A DNA stretch of 64,000 nucleotides from contig NC_134025.1 in assembly GCF_964204645.1 (NCBI RefSeq), positions 18,203,101 to 18,267,100 on the forward strand, in the 5' to 3' direction. Positions within the stretch are counted from its first letter, which is position 1, and every line of letters begins with the position of its first letter. The DNA comes from Tubulanus polymorphus (Eukaryota > Animalia > Nemertea). A program made the translations under genes and the position numbers. Below, in pieces: positions 48,104-60,984 of this stretch. The notes beneath the pieces are model-generated. The model searched no databases, was not told the origin of the DNA, and saw only the letters and a list, made by a program, of their open reading frames with translations.

Positions 48104-51100
48104 TTATAGAGTAAAAAAATTAATCAAATTCAAGTGGTCCAAAATCCATCAAGAAATGCAGGCTGTATCATGAGAGTTGCAGGCCGAAACACGCTAACAA
48201 GGTCTCAAGGGGATGGTGGGCACACTGACTAAAATGAGATGTCTCCATCTCCATCAAGTAACCTGAAAATGGATTTATTCAAAGCAGCTGGCAAGAAAAT
48301 ACTGTTTCTGGTTTTTACATACTATGGATTCTATGGATCAGTTTCAGTTTCAATTTGTGTTTCTTGATCACTTTTACAAAAGCTAGGATGAGCTTTGATG
48401 GGGAGGCTCATTCATTTGATAACATTGGTCATGGACTCGAAAACATAGTTCGTAGAGACCTATTTATCAATTTATCTTGAAAAATCCATGGCCACAAAGA
48501 TTAAAAGGCTAAAGTTGGCGATCAATATCATAGTATTCTTAAAATTCAGCTGAAACTGGACCCATCTGCACATATCTGTGTCTATGCAAACTTGGATGAT
48601 TTGGAGCTTCTATTCATTAGAAGCGAAAGCTTGTGCATCAAATAAATAGTTAACCTATATAGTACTACTCGTCTCGTTATTTCTTTTCCATAGATTGTTT
48701 CTTTGTTACCCAAGGTGTCCGGGACCTCTTTACCAAATAGGGCACAGGGGCTCGTATCAGAGTTGTAGGTACTGCAAAAACAATAATCCAATGTGTATAG
48801 TTTATACAAAATAACAAAGTAGCTAACGACACTCACAAACTACTCAACTTCAGTCACTTACTATTTCGTTTCAAAGTTGTTAGTAGTCAAATCTAATAGA
48901 AGATGATTTTTATGTGACGAAACTCAGTGAAAAATAATAATCAGCAGGAATCCAATAGGGTTTCTGCCGAGGCTGCAGAAACCCTAATAATTTGCACAAT
49001 ACAACCTTAGAATACAAAAGTAGCACAGACAGCGACTGGAGCTGGCAGGAACAAATACCTCAGATAAATCGTTTCCCTTGTTCTTATTGATTCTAATAGA
49101 ATTAGAATTCAATTTTCTGAAAGTTGCTCAATAAAACAACATTGAATTGGATTTGATGTTTTTATTTGTTCAATAAAGTAAAATTGAATTGGATTTCATA
49201 TATTTTTGTGGAATAAAATTTGATTTAACTTGTAGTTTGAGCACATGGCTAATTAGCATATCAAGGTCATCTATCCAATTTAAGAAAAAGCTTTTCCCGG
49301 ACTTTGCACAATGGTCAATGATATTTTCCGTAGTGCTAATAAAAATATGCCTCCCAAAAACCAAATCAACTAAAGCTTTCACAGAAATCGATCTTGAAAT
49401 ACAATTTTAGATCTTGCTTTAGAGTCTTGCTTTCTGATTGGCTTTTCAAAACCAATATTTTTGCGATCAGATTTTCACGAAAAAGCTCATATAAATTTTA
49501 ACGAGGCCCTCTTTCAAAATTCAGCTAAGTAGAGTTTGTAGAATGGATAATGCTTTAATGAATGATTTGTACGAATACATGCTCAGTTGCACAGTCAATT
49601 TAAATTCGCTCCATTTGTAAAGTCATAGGCTCAGCCTACGTCTGGCCTAAAAATGCATTGACAGATTCGAACCTACTATGGCATTCAAACATCATGATAC
49701 TGCATTATCACCACGTTAAAAAATGGATCTGTCCTATTAAGAACTCATCTTAAGCACCTGCTGAGTCGATTGATTAAGTAAATTTACAGATAAGAACGTT
49801 TTATGATTTGGAATAGATTTAAGGAGTTAATCTTTTTGTTGAATGAATACATACATTGTAGCGTTGATCTAATCAACAAATTATTAATTGATTTGGTCTG
49901 GGTTTCAGGCCGATGTTGATTTCGGCTTTTATGGATCAAAAATTCTCTCATAAACAATTCATAACTACAACATGTGTGTAAATATTAAAAACTAAACAAG
50001 AGATCCACGGATCTTAATATCTCGGGCGCAGAATGTTATCTTTGTAATGTATAGGCGCCATCTGATTGATGCATCTGTAAGGTTTTCCTTGAATACTTCA
50101 TGGATGTGTAAAATCTGCTGATTTCGGTGAACAACATCATCGAAATCTAATCAGCAATCATCGCGGCAATACACGAGGTTTGGGCCTATTCGATTGTGCG
50201 CGCATAATCTTCCGTGAAGTAGCGTATCGATTGAAGCTGCGGTTATTGAATGAAATAGATATGGGAAGACGGAATCGATACTACGGCTATCAAATTAAAA
50301 ATAAACATATAAGACTCTCCCATGACTGGGAAATGAGAAACTAGAACCGAGCAGGATAATAGATAAGATAAAAAGACCGGTTGGTCTGCGCCAATCGAAT
50401 ATGCCCTTACATTGATTGACAGCGGGAGCTCAGCCAACCGCAGGGAGCAGTTATTTTACTGCAATGTAACGTTGTACATCGGCCTTCTTGAAACTTGATT
50501 TACAAATAGTCTCATCTAACCCAAACCCTATTCTTTCTTTCACGCACGTACGTAGATCAAAGGAACTCACGTACGGCGTTTGTAGGGAATTCACGTACTG
50601 TTTACCTGTGGAGATCACTGTACAGTCACGTACGGGTAACAACTTCGTACTTAAAATGGAATTGGTTACTAGGCCTATAGACATTAAAAACCGGTAGGCT
50701 TTCTTAGCTTTCTTAGCTGACCATGTCATCGGCGGAGGTTACAATAAAATAACAAAACAAATGCTCACATAAAAAAGTACCACGATTTTACATGAATTGG
50801 CTCAATGCCAACTTCACACCACTGACAAAGGTAAACCAAAAAACTGTGGAAAAGGAAATAGAACAAATAATAATAATCACGCGAATCTCAATAAGGTTTT
50901 GTGAAGAAACAGAAAAACCTAATTAAATAGGGATAATTCAGCCGACTGTTGATTATCGGACTTAAAACTGTCCGACTTACGCCAGTTGTACTGTATTTAG
51001 GGTTTCTGCTGTTTTCACAGAAACCCTATTGTAATTGTACTGATTATTATTATCATTAGGGTTTCTGCTTCTTTCGCAGAAACCCTATTATAATCGTACT

Positions 51101-51235
51101 GATTAGTGAATCGTAGTGAATAGTTCACCATTTTAGTGGAGCGTCGTGTCATTCTTGAAAGTGGAGTATGTTGCTTACTGTCAAAATTCCGGACAATCAA
51201 ATTCAAATTGTGTACTTAATTGTTTCTTTTCTTAA

Positions 51236-52217
51236 CCCTTACAATACCACTACCGTATGGCATACGGTACAAATTGACAAGCTAGCATACCCGTACCGTA
51301 TGTGATACGGTATCGCTTAACCCTTCTTCTAGAAGGGCATATTTATCAGCCGGTGCTGCCATCTGCATAAAATTCAAGAAGGCAACAGCCAGGAAAAACA
51401 ATTTGGCTGGATGAAACGGTTCAGCAGCTCGTAAATGATGCTGACAGTGATGCTGGTGACTTGGAATTTGGTAGTGAACAAATTGAGAGTGACATCCAAT
51501 ATGACAGCAGCAGTTCAGATGATGAGACTTAGTCAGAAAATAGGTTTATAGTGCCGGCTATGATTTTGATGATGAAAATGAAATCAGTGACAATTTTTAG
51601 ACCCTTTTGATACGGTTGTCATGGCAACGGACACCAATAACAATAATGAAGAACCAGAAACTGTCCATCCTCAAGGTCACATATATCCAAATAATTTGTC
51701 TTATTTGTTAGCCCAATGGTTATCAACACCATGGTATACGATGTATCAGTGTCAAATACATAGGTAACAATTTTCTGAGGCCTGAAATTATACCCCAGTG
51801 AAACCCCTTACATCTGACCTTCCGACATATCATGGTAAATGAGTGGAAAAATAAATTTTTTAGTAGTTCTATTGCTTTGAAATTTTTACTACATAAAGTA
51901 AGGATATATGGCATACAATTTCAGTTTGAATTGTAAAGATCAGTGCATTTTGCTGGGAGACAGAGCAGTTTATCTGAAACTTATCGTGAATTTTTTTCAT
52001 GGTGGCCGTCTTGGAGTATGTGACCTTGACCTCAAGTTCACTTATATCCAAATTATTTATGTCTACATTGTTGGCCCAAAAGTTATCAACAACATGCTTT
52101 ATAAATTTTCTGTGTCAGATACCTCGGTAACTATTCTATGAAGTTTCAAATATACCCCTATAAACCCCTAAATTCCCTCCGGTACAGCAGCAGAGACACT
52201 ATGTGGTATTGAAAGGG
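51236..52217. mobile_element. Non-autonomous piggyBac-type element
   Basis: TTAA flanks; TIR CCCTTACAATACCAC / GTGGTATTGAAAGGG; acidic transposase-like N-terminal remnant. Confidence 0.75.
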
Positions 52218-55200
52218 TTAATATCGTGCGAGCAATATTCCGTAGTGACAATAATTTAAGATGATGAATAATGATACGTTATAACATAAAATAATTCATA
52301 TGCTATAGTCAATTTGGGGGTGTTTTGCGTAACGATAAGTTGTCCTTGGAGTCGAGTAAACTCGTTGCCGGTCTCTACCCTCAGTTACGGAAATCGGACT
52401 CAGGGACGCCACCCATAGACTGCTCGTCACTTCAATTATCAATTCAAGTATAAATAAACAAATTTATAACCTCAAGACTTCACATTCAGGTGCGGTCTTC
52501 AAACAGTAATCTTAACAATTACCCATTTTCTTCATCAGTACACTTTACCGATCTACAGGGTATTTACTTCTTTTAATATTATAGTACTAGTGGAAAGTGA
52601 TTTTTAAACATAGAACTTCCTACTCATTAGTTCATTGCAAACGAATTGAGTAGGAGCATTTTAAAGTGGCCTATTATGCGGTGTGATCACCCGTGACCTG
52701 GGTCCGCCTTGACCTGTGCCCGAGAATACTGGGGCCCCTAATCACATACTGAAAATTTCGTCTTCCCATGGAGGCCCAAGGTAATAGCTAGATAGAAACA
52801 AATAAGCCTATGTAAAGTACCCATATGATAATTTCATAATGAATTGTACGCAGTACTGAAGTACATAAAGAGACAAAATTTGAAATTTCAATTATTACTA
52901 GCTATATTGCTCCTGAAGGCTCCCCTTGGAGCCGCAATGTAACAGACACTCTGTCACATTTGATTGCACAAATATATATGATAAGTGATAGTGATATTAT
53001 ATTTCTCTATGGAGACCTCAATGCCAGAACAGGGACCATACCAGATATTAGTGATGATTCCGAAATCCCACAAAGAGTGTACACAACTAGTAACTTGACA
53101 CAACTAGTAATGCGTATGGTCATACATTTGTTGAATTTCTAAAGGACACTAACCTTTGTGTATTATATGGAAGATTAACTCCAGGTAATGATAATTATAC
53201 ATGTATTAATGCAAGGGGCAAATCTGTAGTTGACTACATTGCTGTACCCACTGATAACTTCTCTTATTGAAAGCACTTTAACGTATATCCTAGTGTGGAG
53301 TTAGCAGAAAGAGCTAATTGTGCTCATTTAATCAGCAGTAAATCTCTGATTTGCATCGAAGTTGAAGTATCTGAGTTTCAAAAATCTTTCACTCAGCTGA
53401 ATGGAGTTAGCCACGATGAAAGATCGCCTAAAACTAAAAGGTACTATCTTAATGAAATCCCAGCTGAATTCATGACCAACGACTTATTCCGAAATACTAT
53501 TAATATTATTATTCAACGATTAGAAAATTTACGGAAAAACCAAGCTGAATTTGACAATCTATACACAGAATTTACGTCAACTATTACAAATGAGATGGAT
53601 TCGTATCTAAACATCAAAAAGGTATCACAGAAATCCATGCAGAAAGTCTTATAAACCTTACTGGTGTGAGGAATTGAGTATTGCATGGAAATCTACTTGT
53701 GTTAAACTAAAAGCCATAAAAAAGCTTGTATAAAGGATAAGAAAACCCTGCACTCTGAATATATCCTCTCTCGAAATCATTTTGACCGGCTTCTTAGACA
53801 AAAAGAAAGAAAATACAATAGGGAAAAAATTCTCCAGTTAGACCGTACATCTAAAAATGGCCCTAAATCTTTCTGGGATAAAGATAACTCACTGGGGCCT
53901 AGAAAAGACAAGAAAATCCCGTTGAGTGTCAAAATTGATGATAAATATACTTCTTCGAAAAACCTAGTAGAGGAGAAATGGATGTAAGATTTCAAAGGCT
54001 TGTATGAAGAACAGAATACGAATGTCAATTACAATTTTTTGAATCTCCTATATCACGAAAAATCTGGCTTAGAAAATGATGTGATAAGAAACCCAAGAAA
54101 CGATATTGGTATAAACAGGCCATTTTCCGTCCAGGAGGTCAGACAATTTGCCTCGAAATTAAATAAACGTAAAACACCGGGTATCGATAATATCCCGAAT
54201 GAAGTACTTCAAAACGAAACGGTCATTCAATGTTTGGGTCCACTCTTTTTGTTGCCACTCTTTCTGCAATTTTTGTTTCAATAACCATACTGTTCACAGC
54301 AGTTGGTTAAAAGCCACTATTTCCCCCATACCAAAAGGCACAACCAAGATCCTTATATTCCCCTTAACTATAGGGGCATAGCTTTATTATCGTGTGTTGG
54401 GAAATTGCAACATTGTGAAATATTGTGAAACTAATGGCCTTCTCTCTGACTGTCAGAATGGCTTTCGCAAAGAGAGATCGTGTCAAGATCATATTTTCAA
54501 CTTAACATCTATAGTAAATCAAAATAGAAGTCGCAATAGGGATACATTTTGCGGTTTTACCGACTTCAAAAAGTTTTTCGATTTCATCGATCGCGACTTA
54601 TTAATGCTCAAACTTGCACGACTAGGTATTAGCGGTAAAATGTACTGGGCAATAAGTAGTTTATATCAAAACACGAAGTGTTGTATCAAGCTAAGACCAG
54701 ACTTCATTACTGGGTGGTTCGACTGTGTCAACGGTATTAGACAGGGAGATACACTTTCTCCAAGTCTGGCTGCATATTTCTTAATGATTTATTCCTGGAA
54801 TTAAATGGCGATCCAAACTTTATTAACGTACTGGTCCACGCAGATGACCTATGTCTAATTGCAAACTCAGAGGCTGAGCTACAATATCTTATTGACAAGA
54901 CAAGGTCTTGGTGTGACAAATGGCTGTTATCCATAAATTTCGATAAAACGCAAATTGTGCACTTTAGAAAAATTAGAAAGGCATGTACGAAATTCCACTC
55001 TACATGGCATGATAATGAAATATGTAAAGTAGACTGTTACAAATATCTTGGCGTTTATTTGGACAGTCATCTAAAATTTAACACTCATTTTGAACATTTG
55101 TCCACCTTGGGTGGTAAGGCCCTTGGGGGAAATATAGGACGGTTTTCTACTCTCCGGAATGTAGGCTACAAGACGTTTAAAATATTATATGAAAGTGGTG

Positions 55201-55443
55201 TCGATGCAATTCTCAGTTACGGTGCTGAGATTTGGGGTGCAAAAAACCCACATGAGTAATAGGGGTTTAGTTGTTCTAGATCAAAGGTCGAACGGTCGAG
55301 CTCATAAAAAATGAAAAACATGAAAATAATAACAATTTCTACTTGAATTAGTCGCGAATCTCATAAAAAATGAAAAATAATTCTCGCACACTCGAATTTA
55401 TTTTTCATTTTTACTCGCTATTAAAAGTGTGACTAAAGTGTGA

Positions 55444-56169
55444 GTGAAAAATTTCATATTTAAATCATTGAATATTTATATCTATATGCGTTGGGCTCAT
55501 TTTAATAAAAGTTTTGTTATTAAAATAAAGAAAGAAGAAGAAGAACCCAACTTCAAAATCGAAATAAAAGAAACCAATAAATTATTTTCACAGTTTAACA
55601 TTAGAAATTATATTTCAGCAACAAATTTAGTGTCCGCAAGACATTATAAAATTGATAATATTACTATGTTTAATCAAATATTATCAAATGAAACATATTT
55701 AATTACTGAACTAGTAGATACTTTTGATAATGGAATCAAAAATCCTAAAATATTTAATACAGTTTTAAATGTTAAAGGAACTTTAGATGAAAACATAATA
55801 AATATTCTTCAAACTCCTTTCAATGAAAGAAAAAGTGATATAATGCTTTCTAAAGATTACAATGATTTGATTAACTTAAGAATTGAAAAAAGACAATTAT
55901 ATTATTTAAATTTTGATAATAAACAAATTATCTATAATGAAAATTCATCAAATATTGGTATTCAATGTGAATTAGATAATGAAAAATCATTTAAAGATAT
56001 TGCAGTTCAATGTTATTTAGATGATGAATTTAGCAAATTCAATCCTATTGAAAAAGTGTATTGTTATTGCGGCGGCAAATATTCAAAATCACATAAATCA
56101 AAGCATTATCAAACAGTTAAACATATCAATTATGAAAAGAATAATAAATATATATTGAAACAAGATTAA
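55444..56169 (+). CDS. Homolog of the 226-aa cargo protein; start codon uncertain
   Basis: EPNFKIEI...FSQFNIRNYISATNLV...CYCGGKYSKSHKSKHYQT. Confidence 0.75.
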   Translation: MKNFIFKSLNIYIYMRWAHFNKSFVIKIKKEEEEPNFKIEIKETNKLFSQFNIRNYISATNLVSARHYKIDNITMFNQILSNETYLITELVDTFDNGIKNPKIFNTVLNVKGTLDENIINILQTPFNERKSDIMLSKDYNDLINLRIEKRQLYYLNFDNKQIIYNENSSNIGIQCELDNEKSFKDIAVQCYLDDEFSKFNPIEKVYCYCGGKYSKSHKSKHYQTVKHINYEKNNKYILKQD

Positions 56170-56330
56170 GCTGTATGTTTCAAATATATAGTAGTTAAAG
56201 CATGGAGAAATTAGTTAATGAATAACTGTTAGGTAGTAAGTTTAATTGTTATTTGATTTGAAACATATAAAAGTTTAATATTTCTAAGATATTAAATATC
56301 TATCAATTTAATAATTTTTTTCTTAAATAA

Positions 56331-56547
56331 ATGTATGATTTCAACATACCAACCGGAAGTAGTGATTTGAAGCAATATTTTGTAGCAGGAGGATTAATTT
56401 TGGTTGCATTATATTTTTACTATGAGAATTTTTCAAAAGATTTGATGAATGAAAATAATAAATTGAGTAAAAAATTAAAGAAATGGAAACAATCACAGAA
56501 AAAATAACAATAAAAAAGTTAATTTAGAAAATGATTTAGAGGATTAA
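56331..56547 (+). pseudogene. Homolog of the 72-aa membrane protein; 3' end shortened or frameshifted
   Basis: TAAATG start; PTGSSDLKQYFVAGGLILVALYFYYENFSKDL. Confidence 0.75.
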
Positions 56548-58769
56548 AACAGCATTTAATAATTTATTGGTTTCTTTTATTTCGATTTTGAAGTTGGGTT
56601 CTTCTTCTTTCTTCATTTTAATAACAAAACTTTTATTAAAATGAGCCCAACGCATATAAATATAAATATTCAATGATTTAAATATGAATTTCACTCACAC
56701 TTTACTCACACTTTTAATAGCGAGTAAAAATGAAAAATAAATTCGAGTGTGCGAGAATTATTTTTCATTTTTTATGAGTTTCGCGACTAATTCAAGTAGA
56801 AATTGTAATTATTTTCATGCTTTTCATTTTTTATGAGCACGACCGTTCGACCTTTGATCTAGAACAACTAAACCCCTATTACTCACATGTTATTGAAAAA
56901 GTGCAATACAGAGCTTGCAGATATTTTCTGGGCCTTAAGCATGGCAGAATCTTTTTAAGCATGGCATATCTATTGTTGGCCGCCGTGCTAAAACCCCTCA
57001 GCAAGAACACTGAATGGGAAAACCCGTGCCAAAATAAAACAGGATTTTTGTTTGGCTAATAATGACATCATCTAAGCTGGGCATCTAGCTTCGCACTTGG
57101 TCTAGAGAGCATGGTTTAATTCTGTCGCAATCTCGATGCCATCTGGTTCGAATCCCTGTCGGGGGAGGATGTGCTGGTGAGACATTAGCTTTAGCCGATG
57201 CTGTTGGTGCAGCCTTGCCATTATACTTAATGTACACAGAGATTTAGTTAATGTAATATGCCCTAATGACAGTAAATCATTGTGTGAAGCAGTCATTTCC
57301 AACAAGGCTGTGACTGAGAAAGTCTCAGAATTGATATAGCAGCAATAAAAGAAGTTACTGATAGTAATGCGTTGAATTGACATGAACTAACAACTAGCTG
57401 ATCTAGCTGATCTCACGCTGATTTGGAGTCTGGAACTATCCAGGTGACACAATAAACATTGATGATGCCTTATAAATAGATTCACTTAGTCATGCCTTAT
57501 CAAATATTGTCGCTGCAGTAGAAAATTGTTCTACTCTGTGATAAGATACAGTAAATTTGCGACTTGAAATTCTTAAGTAGAAAGCGTTTTACTCTGTTAA
57601 AAAGGAAGATAGATGAAATTGTTAGATACGTGAACTTGGGTTTTTTGGGGAAAGGGAGAATTGACATAACAGGGTTACCGCCGAACTTGGTTGATGCGCG
57701 CCTGCATGCAGTGTGGTAAGAATTAGTCAAATACAATGCGTGAAGGAGACTTCTTTGCTAGTAATTAAGGTGAATATCAAATTAAAATGCATTTAGTTTT
57801 TGTACGATTGGGTGTTCATCTGTTGGCTAGAAGCTAGTCATTTAATTTTTAGAGGTTTTACATTTCGCATGAATGTATTGAGGTTCCCATTAGATGAGAT
57901 GCAATTAATGTCATCCGCAATATTAGAATGTAGCTTGGATGGTCAGTAAATCGGAATGGCTCAAGGATTAAGCATTGGGGACGCCTATATTTGTAGAGTG
58001 TTGGAGAAGTTGAAGAATTAAATGAAACGTAGTGTTGCCTATAAAAGACAGGGATCTTAACAGTAGTTACCAAAAAATCGGAAATCAATCTGGCCTCATT
58101 CTGTCCTAGCGAGCGCCATAGGTGTGAAGCCGTGAAAATTTTTGAAATTTGAGGCAATTTTCGGGCATCTGAGAAATTCTCGGGACCAGAATCTAGCAAA
58201 AATTAATATCAGTTTGATGTGGAAGCCATGTTTGATTTATAAGAAAATGTATCGAAGATTCTGATTGGTGGTTGAAATCTTCAAACAAACAATTGAAAGC
58301 GGGTTCGCATCCTTGAAGCAGCAGATATTTTTCTCTGTAGAAAGATTTCTCAATAGTTAAAATTAATTTCATTCGAATATAAAAAAAATTCATTTATGGG
58401 CAGTCGACATTTTGGATCCATTGGTATTGATTTATTGAATAGTTTTGATTGACGATATGTATGCATCACGCACACGTCAGTCTTATCATTACTGCTGTGC
58501 GCTAATCAATAGACCACGTGCACGCAGTAATGTATAGATGCTGCTCACTAGTGCGAGGCGCATGTATGAATGGTATCGTACATCGTTCCACTAATTTCTT
58601 TTTCATATCGTGTCAGCACGTGGCCGCCTACAATACTAAACTTCAGTACGTGGTACAGTATCGATTTTCTAGATGCACATTCAGGCTAGCCACGGCAAGT
58701 CGATTATTACGGAACTCGTGACCGCAAGTGGCATGACCGATCATAACTCCCCTACCCGCTTTATTTCAA

Positions 58770-59110
58770 CATCAAATCTTTAATGATCTCAGAGACGATA
58801 AAAAATTTTTTAAAGTCGAAATTCCAATTAAAGTCGGAAGATTGGGATCCCTGAAAAGATAAGAAAACCAATCTAAGGCTGTTCCTCTATTATTGTAGTG
58901 TTCAAGCTGTGTATCAGGGTGTCGAAAGCTTTGGAGAGGTCCAGCAAAATACCAGTTGTCCAATTGTCATCATCTACGGAATTTGTAATTCGGTTGATGA
59001 GCTCAAGAATGGCATGGTCAGTGTAATGGTTAAGTCGAAAACCACATTAATTTGGAAATATTTGTTTGTCTATGAATCTTGAGTTTTTTGTGAAAGAATT
59101 CTCATATATC
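58770..59110 (-). pseudogene. LINE reverse transcriptase fragment
   Basis: GFRLNHYTDHAILEL...GILLDLSKAFDTL. Confidence 0.75.
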
Positions 59111-59487
59111 TTTGAAATTAAAATGCCAAATTAAGATTTCTATTCGATGCGTATGATATGCATTGGCCTCGGAGGCCACTGGTTCTTAATTCATCGAACT
59201 GAATGAACATATTTTAACCCTCAAGCGCATTGATTTTTGCACCAGGAGGTAATCCGGCTATGAGTCAATAGGTAACAGAGATATTCAAATAATGTAGATA
59301 CTCACATCTTAAACACTTCACAAATTCAAATTGTTTTATTAGCTTGTGCAGTAACCCAGTCATTTAGTATCTTTGTATCTTTTATAAATATATATGTCAG
59401 AAAAATAAATCAACAAGCATCCACATCATGCACTGATGAATTGATTGAGCCAACAAAAGCTGATTCAAAATCTAAGCATTAAATTAC

Positions 59488-59653
59488 CTTCATAGGTGGT
59501 GGCTGTTGACGGAATGGTGCCCGTTCATTCTTATTACGTGGTACAGGTAGTTGTTGAGAGGTAGAGCTACCAGCAGCGGCAGCTATACTAGGGGTAATGA
59601 TGCTGGATTCCGTTGTATCTGCAGGCCATTCAACTTTTTGCTTCTCAAAAAAC
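59488..59653 (-). other. Possible isolated host exon
   Basis: Pyrimidine tract-CAG acceptor, AAG|GTAAT donor, open frame FFEKQKVEWPADTT...PPPMK. Confidence 0.4.
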
Positions 59654-60984
59654 CTGTTATGAAAACAAAAGTATGATGATGAAAACAACAGTATGACATC
59701 AGTGCACAAACCGCACATTATAGTCATGGCACTGAGGTATAGGAATTCTGGTGTAGATTAGCAGTTTCCAAGCAATTTTTGGATATTTTTCTTAAGGCAA
59801 GAAGAGGTAGAGAGGTGAGTTGCAGTGTATAAACCATTCAATTTCAAATGAGACAGAAGGTTGAACCGAATCATACCTTATGACAGTATCTTTGGAAACA
59901 CGAGTCCTCTTATTGCATAGTAATTTGAATTAAGGCCTGGCACAGGACAGTAGGTTGATGACACTTTTATATGCACACTAAATCACGCCCGGGCCAATAG
60001 ATTAACTAGGGATCCAGGGATACCATGCCGACTCGAGAAGTGGTTTAAATGCTCAACAAAGAGAAAATTTCAATATTCAACACCCCCTGTTGAACATATC
60101 GCAATAAATTGAAAAACAAAGACCCTGAAAAATATGCCATATATTTAAGTTGGCATCTTGAGAACGCAGGCTTAAATTGCAGAATGAGCTTGAATAGAAA
60201 AAACCATAGAAAGCGGCCAAAGAGAAATACGAAAAAGAAAGAACGGTGGCCCGTTTGAAATTAAAAAAATGCGTGAGAAGAAAAAAATTGAGCTTGAGGG
60301 TAGGCCTACACCCAACACAACTAAAGATTTAACAATTCAACACAGTCTCCGTGTAAATCTAACTCCTCTACAACCACCTCTACGAGAGCTCAAGTTGAAT
60401 CAAAACAAGAGTATTGGCGGGTAAAAAAAAGAGAAGAAAGAGCTCGATGGACAGGTCAGAAGCGACGCTGTGCCCGCGAGAAAGAACAGGCGAGATATCG
60501 ATCAAAGCGCGCATCTGAAACTAATTTCTCAGTCGGGGCCACAAGCGCAAATGGCAGCCCGTTTAACAACACACCAGCAATGTAAAACACTACATCGAAG
60601 GCAAAAAAGCTCTAAATCGCCCACAAAAAGGGATGTCGTTTCACAGCGGCTTTTACGAAATCACACTCTCAAGCCTAGACCTATCGTTTCCACCAAATTG
60701 CGCGTGAAACGATACACTAAATCCGCGCAGAGATTAATTGCAGGGCAGCTGAAACAGTCCAGCATACGATATTTGGCACGGAATCTTCAAGTGTCCCGTA
60801 AACAATTCGAGAAATCTATCATGGATGTGATATATGGAGGGCCCTACCCCAAAAGCGATATGCCGATAAGCATGGTCCCAGGCACTTTCTTCAATGTTTG
60901 TTGTCGGCAGCCTATCGTAATTTGAAAAACGAAAATCCAAGTTTGAAATTAGGCTTCAGGCTATACAGTCTTATGAGACCAACT

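Larger units (their letters stand above)
55255..56883. mobile_element. Non-autonomous Maverick derivative, 1629 bp, ~310-bp TIRs
   Basis: AGTAATAGGGG...CCCCTATTACT; 6-bp TSD CACATG (55249-55254, 56884-56889). Confidence 0.93.
52800..56940 (+). pseudogene. Decayed LINE ORF2 (APE + RT; CR1/L2-like), interrupted at 55255-56883
   Basis: GDLNART, GKSVVDY, PGIDNIPNE, QNGFR, GIRQGDTLSP, HADD, YKYLG, YGAEIWG...|IEKVQYRACRYFLG. Confidence 0.9.

Noticed and set aside
57060-57190. tRNA gene suggested by GGTTCGAATCCC
   Set aside because: Only a B-box is present and no cloverleaf is evident. At most it is a SINE head.
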